Origin: Hyphomicrobiales bacterium
GTDB taxonomy: Bacteria; Pseudomonadota; Alphaproteobacteria; Rhizobiales; UBA4765
Reading direction: 5' to 3'
Assembly: GCA_019748135.1 (NCBI GenBank)
Contig: JAIEPZ010000045.1
Coordinates: 19,085-83,084, forward strand
DNA: 64,000 nt
In this document: piece after piece, positions 57,313 to 64,000 of the stretch
How the letters are laid out: the number at the start of each line of letters is the position of its first letter
Position numbering within the stretch: the stretch's first letter is position 1
Made by a program: the position numbers and the translations under genes
Notes under the pieces: generated by a model
Told to the model about the DNA's origin: nothing
The model's input: the letters and a program-made list of their open reading frames with translations, nothing else
Database searches by the model: none

Positions 57313-58344
57313 ATGTCGTTCAAGGTTGCAGTTGTCGGGGCCACGGGAAATGTCGGCCGCGAAATGCTCAATATCCTCGCCGAGCGCAAGTTTCCGGTGA
57401 GCGAAGTGGTAGCGCTCGCCTCGCGCCGCTCCATGGGCGTTGATGTGTCCTATGGCGACAAGATCCTGAAGTGCAAGACGCTTGAGCATTTCGATTTCGC
57501 CGGCACCGATATCTGCCTGATGTCGGCTGGCTCGAGCGTGTCGAAGGAATGGTCGCCAAAGATCGCGGCGCAGGGCGCCGTCGTCATCGATAATTCCTCC
57601 TGCTGGCGCTATGACCAGGCAGTGCCGCTCGTGGTGCCGGAGGTCAATGCCGCTCACCTTGATGGCTGGCGCAAGAAGGGGATTGTCGCCAATCCCAACT
57701 GTTCGACCGCCCAGCTCGTGGTGGTGCTGAAGCCGCTCCATGAGCGCTTCCGCATCCGCCGCGTTGTGGTGGCAACCTATCAATCCGTCTCGGGCGCCGG
57801 CAAGGAAGGCATGGACGAATTGTTCACCCAGACCAAAGCGATCTTTGTCAACGATCCGGTCGACCACAAGAAGTTCACCAAGCAGATCGCCTTCAATGTC
57901 ATACCTCATATCGACGTCTTCATGGAGGATGGTTCCACGAAGGAAGAATGGAAGATGATGGTTGAGACAAAGAAGATTCTCGACCCGAAGATCAAACTGA
58001 CCGCAACCTGCGCCCGCGTGCCCGTGTTCATCGGCCACTCTGAGGCGGTCAATATCGAATTCGAGGAACCGGTAACGGCTGACGAAGCACGCGCCGTCCT
58101 GCGGGCGGCACCCGGCGTGCTGGTCGTCGACAAGCACGAGGATGGCGGCTATGTGTCGCCGCTTGAATGCGCCGGCGAGGATGCGTCGTTTGTCTCGCGT
58201 ATACGCGAAGACATGACGGTGGAAAACGGGCTGTCGCTGTGGTGTGTCTCCGACAACCTGCGCAAGGGCGCGGCGCTCAACGCCATCCAGATCGCCGAAT
58301 CGATGGTGTCGCGCGGGCTTCTACAGAAAAAGAAGGCGGCTTAG
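57313..58344 (+). CDS. asd: aspartate-semialdehyde dehydrogenase
   Basis: 343 aa with VAVVGATGNVGREM, NPNCSTAQ active-site Cys and SDNLRKGAALNAIQIAE. Confidence 0.95.
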   Translation: MSFKVAVVGATGNVGREMLNILAERKFPVSEVVALASRRSMGVDVSYGDKILKCKTLEHFDFAGTDICLMSAGSSVSKEWSPKIAAQGAVVIDNSSCWRYDQAVPLVVPEVNAAHLDGWRKKGIVANPNCSTAQLVVVLKPLHERFRIRRVVVATYQSVSGAGKEGMDELFTQTKAIFVNDPVDHKKFTKQIAFNVIPHIDVFMEDGSTKEEWKMMVETKKILDPKIKLTATCARVPVFIGHSEAVNIEFEEPVTADEARAVLRAAPGVLVVDKHEDGGYVSPLECAGEDASFVSRIREDMTVENGLSLWCVSDNLRKGAALNAIQIAESMVSRGLLQKKKAA

Positions 58345-58443
58345 TATTTTCTGTCAGCCGCGGTTTTGATGTTTCGTCAAGCGCCGTACCAGTTGACATC
58401 AGACCGCAATCATGAATCGATATGAGTGCTGGGAGGCGCTCAT

Positions 58444-58941
58444 ATGGCGGGGTCGTTCGAAAAAAGCGTAAGCTTCCGTCTGGCCCATGTCGCGAAACTG
58501 CACCGCGCGCGGGCCGCAGCGCTCCTGGCGGAAATACATCTTTACCCGGGTCAGGAAACAGTCCTCAAATCGCTCGCTGCAATGGACGGGCAGACGATGG
58601 GCGAGCTGGCTCAGGCTCTTTACGTCAAACCACCGACGATCACCAAAATGGTGACGCGCCTGGCGCTTCACGGGCTGGTGGAGCGGCGCGCCTCCAAAGA
58701 CGACGCGAGGCAATGGCGGATCTTTCTGACGCCGGCCGGAACGGTCCGCGCCGAGGAGATCGACCTGGTGTGGCGCCGTCTTGAAAAGCAGACCCTCTCC
58801 CGCCTTGACACCAGGGAGCGCAAACGCCTGCGCCGGCTGTTGCGCCAGGTCGGCCGCAACCTCGGCCTTGATGGCGCGATGGATGGAGAAACGACGGACG
58901 CCGAGCCCGCAGACGACACCCCCGATCCGGGCTACGAATAA
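58444..58941 (+). CDS. MarR family transcriptional regulator
   Basis: Winged-helix region (MGELAQALYVKPPTITKMVTRLALHGLVERR...D.R). ATG 58444 follows GGGAGG. Confidence 0.85.
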   Translation: MAGSFEKSVSFRLAHVAKLHRARAAALLAEIHLYPGQETVLKSLAAMDGQTMGELAQALYVKPPTITKMVTRLALHGLVERRASKDDARQWRIFLTPAGTVRAEEIDLVWRRLEKQTLSRLDTRERKRLRRLLRQVGRNLGLDGAMDGETTDAEPADDTPDPGYE

Positions 58942-59178
58942 CAGTCGCCCTGCATTTCCCGAACATCCCCCATCGGATGTGAAGCACAATGTGGACCTGA
59001 TGTGTCATTGCAACTGGCATGATCACCTCGTGCGGGTCGCCGTCACGCAGGGTGACAGAATGCCGGGTTGAGGTTCCACCATATCGAGATCGATCTTCAG
59101 ATCATGTCCTGGTCTCGAAAGGGTATCAGTCGTGCTTGGCCCGGCATCCGACACCGCGATCCAATGCGGCTGCACGGC

Positions 59179-59406
59179 TTATCGCCGGCGGACCGAGTTT
59201 CCACCATCAATGATGGTGTTGATGAGGGCGGCGACGGCCTCATGCATCCCCTCGGCGCCATCGCCGTCGGGCACGCTTTCGTGCGCGGCAGCCGCGTCTT
59301 TCAGAACACCCATGATGTCATGTTCGGGCAGAATCTTGCGATCATTGAGCGCGAGCAGCAATGATTCACAAATGGCAAGCGCGGCATGTCCGGCAACATC
59401 ATGCAT
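59179..59406 (-). CDS. hypothetical small protein (75 aa), weakly supported
   Basis: This is the only ORF of any length in a 650-nt gap. Third-position GC is about 63% by hand count, no clear SD is present, and no family is recognised. Confidence 0.3.
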   Translation of the reverse strand: MHDVAGHAALAICESLLLALNDRKILPEHDIMGVLKDAAAAHESVPDGDGAEGMHEAVAALINTIIDGGNSVRRR

Positions 59407-59501
59407 CAGGTTTCAACTTTCTGCGGGTTTCGCTCGCAATCACACAGGTGGCACACGCCCTGGCACTGGCAGACATTGTTACAGAAAGTTCGCGCACAGG
59501 G

Positions 59502-59515
59502 CTGATCTCCATCAG
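59502..59515. promoter_or_regulatory. candidate Crp/FixK-type box
   Basis: CTGATCTCCATCAG is a perfect palindrome matching TTGAT-N4-ATCAA except at the two outermost positions. It lies 77 nt upstream of the Crp/Fnr-family gene. Confidence 0.4.
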
Positions 59516-59591
59516 TATCATGCCCCGTTCTTGCGCAACATGTGGTAGGGTGTGCGGTGGCGCCCGGTCGCGCACCCTCACGGAGTAAATC

Positions 59592-60344
59592 ATGGCAGCG
59601 GAAAGCGCGGTCTTTACGATCGCGGACAGCGCCTTTGCCCGTAAGCTGTCGGCCTATGTCAAACTATCACCAGCAGATTTGCTGGTTCTGTCCGACATCT
59701 ATCGCCGCAAGCGTGATTTTGCTGTCGGTCACGACATGATCCACGAGGGCGAGAGAAGCCACCACGCCTACATTCTGGCGTCGGGCTGGGCGTGTTCCTA
59801 TAAAATCCTCAATGGTGGAACGCGGCAGATCGTCGATTTCCAGGTTCCCGGCGATTTTCTGGGCCTTCGCTCGGTGTTGTTTCGCACCGCCGATCACAAT
59901 GTCGAACCGATCACCCCGGTGCAGGCCTCAGAGGTGCGGCAACAGGATTTGCTGGCCGCCTTTTCCCATACGCCGCGGATCTCGACGGCAGTGCTGTGGA
60001 CAGCCTCACGCGATGAAGCGATGGTGGTCGAACATCTCGTCAATCTGGGGCGACGCAACGCGGCCGAGCGGACCGGGCATTTCCTGCTGGAACTTGCAGC
60101 GCGCTTGCGCCTGGTAGGGATGGGAGACAAGAAAGGCTTTGCCTGCCCGTTATCGCAATACCACTTGTCCGATGCGCTCGGGCTCAGTGCCGTGCGCGTG
60201 AACCGGGTCCTGCGCCTGTTGCGCGAGGAGGGAATGTTGACCTTCCACAAGGGCCAGGTGGTGTTTAAGAACTACGATGCACTGGTGGCTTTTACCGGGT
60301 TCGATCGCACTTATCTCGATCACGATGGACCGCTACTGCCCTGA
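59592..60344 (+). CDS. Crp/Fnr family transcriptional regulator (FixK-like, no N-terminal Cys cluster)
   Basis: A cNMP-binding-like beta-roll followed by a C-terminal HTH (LSQYHLSDALGLSAVRVNRVLRLLREEG). The Fnr-type CX2CX5C motif is absent. Confidence 0.85.
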   Translation: MAAESAVFTIADSAFARKLSAYVKLSPADLLVLSDIYRRKRDFAVGHDMIHEGERSHHAYILASGWACSYKILNGGTRQIVDFQVPGDFLGLRSVLFRTADHNVEPITPVQASEVRQQDLLAAFSHTPRISTAVLWTASRDEAMVVEHLVNLGRRNAAERTGHFLLELAARLRLVGMGDKKGFACPLSQYHLSDALGLSAVRVNRVLRLLREEGMLTFHKGQVVFKNYDALVAFTGFDRTYLDHDGPLLP

Positions 60345-60408
60345 CATGCCGCTTGTCTGTTCGCCCCTGCCCTGCCGCGAGAGGAACGGGTCAGCACCGC
60401 TCCCGCTC

Positions 60409-60966
60409 TCAGCCTCCTTTGCCGGTTGCTGGCAAGCCGGGTGCGATCTCGGTGCGCGTGATCTGCTCAAAGTCTGCAGAGTTTTGCCCCGGAAGCATAT
60501 TTAGAAATGCAACCAGGGACCAAACCTGATCATCCGTCATGGTTCCCGCAAAGCCCGGCATGCCCGACATTTTCACGCCATGCTTGATGAACTGGAAGTT
60601 CTCTGCCGCATCCGGCTTGCGGGTCGCCAGGAACAGATTGGGCGGCTGTGGATTGAGACCCTTCGAGATTGCAGTGCGATCAACCTGCGGGGCTCCATGA
60701 CAGACCATGCAGTTCTTGACATAAAGAGCGCCGCCGGCGGCAATCGTGACGGGCGCGTCAAGGCCAGCTGGCACGATGTTCTGGCCTAAACGACGCGCGA
60801 TCGAGTGTTCCATGGTCTGATGCGCTACCCAGTAGACCAGTTGCGAGTCGGGCGTTGTCGCTGAAACATCGTAGAGACCGGAATTCACGAAGGCATATGC
60901 ACCTGCAACGACGATAGCTGCACTTGCCGCCAAAGTGCTCATGATGGTCAACACGATCCTGTTCAT
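60409..60966 (-). CDS. membrane-anchored monoheme c-type cytochrome
   Basis: N-terminal TM anchor, CMVCH heme-binding motif and a distal MPGF Met region. Trimmed to ATG 60966 (MNRIVLTIM). Confidence 0.8.
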   Translation of the reverse strand: MNRIVLTIMSTLAASAAIVVAGAYAFVNSGLYDVSATTPDSQLVYWVAHQTMEHSIARRLGQNIVPAGLDAPVTIAAGGALYVKNCMVCHGAPQVDRTAISKGLNPQPPNLFLATRKPDAAENFQFIKHGVKMSGMPGFAGTMTDDQVWSLVAFLNMLPGQNSADFEQITRTEIAPGLPATGKGG

Positions 60967-61092
60967 GATTGCGTCCTCTGCGGGTATGGCTGGCGCGCGG
61001 CGGGTCTGGGGCGCGATGTCATGATGCGGTGATGATAATTGCCATACGCCGACAGGCGACAAGATAATCACCCGGCGAAGCGCCCGCGAGAA

Positions 61093-61320
61093 TCACGCCG
61101 GCCGATGCCGTGGCAAAAACGCTACAAGCACATTTTTCAGCCCGATGATCCGGGCGCCGATCGCGATCAGATCACCATTGCCCGGTTGCCTGACCGTCCA
61201 CTGTTCCTGGGAAGCAACCGGAATGTCAGCGCGGCCAGCCCCGCCTTCATCATCCCATATCGACAACGCTTTTTGACGCTGGCTTGTATCGTCGGGCGAT
61301 TGCCGTTTCTGGCGCTGCAT
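61093..61320 (-). CDS. small hypothetical protein with W-D-D-E-G-G motif
   Basis: 75 aa with a basic N-terminus followed by ALSIWDDEGGA, a motif I recall from many small alphaproteobacterial proteins. GGAAAGGA lies 6 nt upstream of the ATG. Confidence 0.5.
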   Translation of the reverse strand: MQRQKRQSPDDTSQRQKALSIWDDEGGAGRADIPVASQEQWTVRQPGNGDLIAIGARIIGLKNVLVAFLPRHRPA

Positions 61321-61464
61321 CGCAAGTCCTTTCCAAGATCTATTCGGTCAGCAAACCTGGCGAGAGGTATCGTCTCGGGAAGCAGGAACGGGTAAGTTCG
61401 TGCAGCATACGGTAAGCTGGCTCAGCAATTATGTGGTGACTTCGCTTGATGCCGCGTCAACTGG

Positions 61465-62394
61465 TCATCGACGCGTCCTGGCTTCATCGGGGAAAATGCG
61501 GGTTCCAGCCTTTCCTTCCAGAATGGCGCGGCCCTCTTGCAGGCGCCCGATTCCGGCAATGCCGCCGCTTTCACGCACGAACGCACTCGCGGCCGCCACC
61601 TTCGGCCCCATGGACCCCGGAGCGAGGCTGAGAGCGTCGAGCGCCAGGGGTGTGGTCTGGCCGATCTTGCATTGATTGGTTGTGCCCCAGTTCTGGAAAA
61701 CCGCGCTCACATCCGTCAGCAGCAGAAGGATATCGGCCTTCAGATCACGGGCGAGCAGTGCCGCCGTGCGGTCTTTGTCGATGACCGCCTCGACGCCCTC
61801 CATCCGGCCGTTGGCGTTGCGCCGGACCGGTATGCCGCCGCCGCCAGCGCATATGACGATATGGCCATTGTCCATCAATGTCCGGATGGCCTCCAGTCCC
61901 AGAAGCCTTAACGGCAAAGGCGAAGGAACGACGCGGCGGCACTCACCGTCGGCTTCGCTCACCATGGTCCATCCGTGATCGGCCTTTGCCCGCTGCGCCT
62001 GTGCCACCGTATAAACCGGTCCTATCGGTTTGCTTGGAGCAGCGAAGGCAGGATCGGCGGCATCCACCTCGACCCGGCTGAGCAGAGTTGCACATTTTGC
62101 TCCCGCAGGCAGAGCATTCATCAGCTCATGTTCAACGAGGTAGCCGATCATGCCCTCGGTTTCCGCGCCCAGAACATCAAGCGGCCAAGGCGCGCCGGGA
62201 TCATACGCCGCTCCCTGCAGCGCCAGTAATCCGATTTGCGGGCCATTGCCGTGGGCAACGACAATTTGATGGTCGTGCGCGAGCTCCGCCAACGACTGTG
62301 CCGCGATCCGTACATTGGTATGCTGCGTGGTTGCGGTCATCGGCTCTCCCCGCCGCAAAAGCGCATTTCCACCCAGGGCAACGACGACGCGCAT
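61465..62394 (-). CDS. arcC: carbamate kinase
   Basis: MRVVVALGGNALL...VVAHGNGPQIG...GGGGIPV motifs. Trimmed to ATG 62394, 1 nt after the arcB stop. Confidence 0.92.
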   Translation of the reverse strand: MRVVVALGGNALLRRGEPMTATTQHTNVRIAAQSLAELAHDHQIVVAHGNGPQIGLLALQGAAYDPGAPWPLDVLGAETEGMIGYLVEHELMNALPAGAKCATLLSRVEVDAADPAFAAPSKPIGPVYTVAQAQRAKADHGWTMVSEADGECRRVVPSPLPLRLLGLEAIRTLMDNGHIVICAGGGGIPVRRNANGRMEGVEAVIDKDRTAALLARDLKADILLLLTDVSAVFQNWGTTNQCKIGQTTPLALDALSLAPGSMGPKVAAASAFVRESGGIAGIGRLQEGRAILEGKAGTRIFPDEARTRR

Positions 62395-62395
62395 G

Positions 62396-63397
62396 TCAGC
62401 TTCCCATCGTGGCGACAAGCACCGCTTTGATCGTGTGCATCCGGTTTTCCGCCTGATCGAAGACAATTGAAGCGCTGGATTCAAACACCGTGTCGGTCAC
62501 TTCCATGCAGTCGATTCCAAACTTCTGAAACGTTGCTTCACCCATTTCCGTGTCGCGATTGTGGAAGGCGGGCAGGCAATGGAGGAACTTGGCGTGGGCA
62601 TTGCCGGTCATCTCCATGACCTTCGACGTCACCTGATAAGGCGACAAAAGTGCGATCCGCTCCTCCCAAACCTTGTCGGGTTCACCCATCGACACCCAGA
62701 CATCGGTGTAGACAAAATCAGCCCCCGCAAGCCCCTGTGCATGCGCCTCCGTCAATGTGATCCGGGCACCCGTCGTGCCGGCAATGGTACGGCACCGGGT
62801 GACAAGTGCATCATCGGGCCAGCAGGTTTTCGGACCGCACAACCGGATGTCCATGCCGATGAGCGATGCGCCCACCAGCAACGAGGCGGCGGTATTATTG
62901 CCAACATCGCCCATGAAGCAGACGGCGATGTCGGAGAGATGCTTGTGGGTGAATTCGCGCATGGTCATCATGTCAGCAAGGATTTGCGTCGGGTGGAAAT
63001 CATCGGTGAGGCCGTTAAACACCGGCACCCCGGAGAATTCCGCCAGTGTTTCGGCGTCCTTCTGGCCAAAACCACGATACTCGATCCCGTCAAAGAAACG
63101 GCCCAGCACGCGCGCGGTGTCCTTGATCGTTTCCTTGTGGCCGATATGGGTGCCTTTCGGTCCCATGTAGGTGACATGCGCTCCCTGGTCATGGGCCGCG
63201 ACCTCAAACCCGCTGCGTGTCCTTGTGCTGTCTTTCTCGAAGATGAGGGCGATGTTCTTTCCGTTCAGGCGGGGAATTTCATTTCCGCCTTGCTTGGCCA
63301 TCTTGAGATTGGCCGACAATTGCAACAGGTGGCGGATCTCGCCGGGAGAAAAATCCAGCAGTTTCAGAAAACTGCGGCCACGAAGGTTCACTGGCAT
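62396..63397 (-). CDS. arcB: ornithine carbamoyltransferase (catabolic context)
   Basis: 333 aa with STRTR, HPTQ and HCLPA motifs. Located between arcA and arcC. Confidence 0.92.
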   Translation of the reverse strand: MPVNLRGRSFLKLLDFSPGEIRHLLQLSANLKMAKQGGNEIPRLNGKNIALIFEKDSTRTRSGFEVAAHDQGAHVTYMGPKGTHIGHKETIKDTARVLGRFFDGIEYRGFGQKDAETLAEFSGVPVFNGLTDDFHPTQILADMMTMREFTHKHLSDIAVCFMGDVGNNTAASLLVGASLIGMDIRLCGPKTCWPDDALVTRCRTIAGTTGARITLTEAHAQGLAGADFVYTDVWVSMGEPDKVWEERIALLSPYQVTSKVMEMTGNAHAKFLHCLPAFHNRDTEMGEATFQKFGIDCMEVTDTVFESSASIVFDQAENRMHTIKAVLVATMGS

Positions 63398-63406
63398 GGG
63401 GAAGTC

Positions 63407-64000
63407 TCACATGGCATCGCGGATCAGCGGGCAGGTCATGCAGTGCGATCCGCCACGGCCGCGGCCAAGCTCGGATCCGGGGATGGTGATGACCTCGACA
63501 CCCGCCTTGCGCAGCAGGGTGTTGGAGTGGGTGTTGCGCTCATACCCGACAACGACCCCCGGTTCGAGGCACAGGAGATTATTGGCATCGTCCCATTGTT
63601 CGCGGGCTGATTCGTAGGCATCGCCTCCCGTCGCCACGCTGCGCAGTTTCTTGATATTGATCGCCTCGGCCACAATTTCGAGAAAGGGCCTGGTTTCGGT
63701 CTCGACAGCCACTGTCCCGTCATCGCCGGGCCGCAGGCTGTAGCAACGAATGGCGTCCGTCACTGCGACGAAGACCGTGACAAGATCGCGGTCGCAGAAC
63801 GTGAAGACAGTATCAAGATGCATCGCGCGTCGTGAACGCGGAAACTGGCAGGCGATGACGCGCGCGGCGCCGCCTTGGGCGAAAAGCGCGCGAGCGATCT
63901 GGCCGACCGCCTGCGGCGTTGTGCGCTCCCCCATGCCGATAAGGACACAACCATTGCCGATGGGCATGACGTCGCCCCCTTCGACCGTCGCGGGACCGTG
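63407..64000 (-). CDS. arcA: arginine deiminase, C-terminal part (gene runs off the window)
   Basis: The C-terminal sequence ...[21 protein letters not shown] contains the catalytic Cys motif. The reading frame stays open to position 64000. Confidence 0.88.
   Translation of the reverse strand, partial: HGPATVEGGDVMPIGNGCVLIGMGERTTPQAVGQIARALFAQGGAARVIACQFPRSRRAMHLDTVFTFCDRDLVTVFVAVTDAIRCYSLRPGDDGTVAVETETRPFLEIVAEAINIKKLRSVATGGDAYESAREQWDDANNLLCLEPGVVVGYERNTHSNTLLRKAGVEVITIPGSELGRGRGGSHCMTCPLIRDAM

Noticed and set aside
57118-58137. 339-aa ORF on the minus strand overlapping asd
   Set aside because: It lies fully antisense to a textbook asd gene, and its translation is Arg/Gly/His-rich with no recognisable motifs. 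This is a typical shadow ORF of a high-GC genome.
59068-59364. 98-aa plus-strand ORF in the marR-crp gap
   Set aside because: It is antisense to the 75-aa ORF, has no SD and no recognisable motif. Neither strand is convincing, and only the minus-strand ORF was retained, at low confidence.
61445-61459. FNR/FixK-like box TTGATGCCGCGTCAA near the arcC 3' end
   Set aside because: The half-sites are separated by one nucleotide too many for TTGAT-N4-ATCAA, and the second half-site reads CGTCAA. The sequence also abuts the arcC stop rather than sitting in a promoter position.

Overview
High-GC chromosomal segment whose gene content and order look like an alphaproteobacterium of the Rhizobiales/Hyphomicrobiales type. 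The run ftsEX, zinc-ribbon protein, cpdR-like receiver, TIGR02302 protein, lysA, small lipoprotein, argH, tlpA is a core-genome arrangement I recall from that order. About 65 protein genes are densely packed, often with 1-8 nt overlaps, and most are housekeeping or central metabolism. They include etfBA-hbd, a PduO-type adenosyltransferase, and a long acyl-CoA dehydrogenase. Also present are the ethylmalonyl-CoA pathway pair ecm/ccr, leuB, asd, eda, kdgK, two ABC uptake operons and tandem TerC paralogues. An Irr-type ICE box sits in front of an mbfA-like iron exporter, and a catabolic arginine deiminase locus (arcA partial, arcB, arcC) lies next to a FixK/Crp-type regulator. I saw no rRNA, tRNA, CRISPR array, intact IS, prophage or defence-island signature. 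I did not find a convincing self-contained novel multi-gene system. The observations most worth follow-up are listed here.

- **MITE-like element (7250-7518):** about 270 bp, about 50% GC, with 23-nt terminal inverted repeats, and it supplies the stop codon of the lipoprotein gene.
- **105-nt palindromic intergenic element:** two copies, at 13958-14062 and 45874-45978.
- **Sugar-acid operon (51.4-57.0 kb):** an ICL/PEP-mutase-family enzyme sits where an FAH-type diketo-acid hydrolase would be expected.
- **Half-size permease genes (48107-49134):** two adjacent paralogous genes with a GTGA overlap.
- **Unclassified structured leaders:** upstream of asd and of the TerC pair.

All functional calls come from reading the translated ORFs against remembered family motifs. 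No searches were run.
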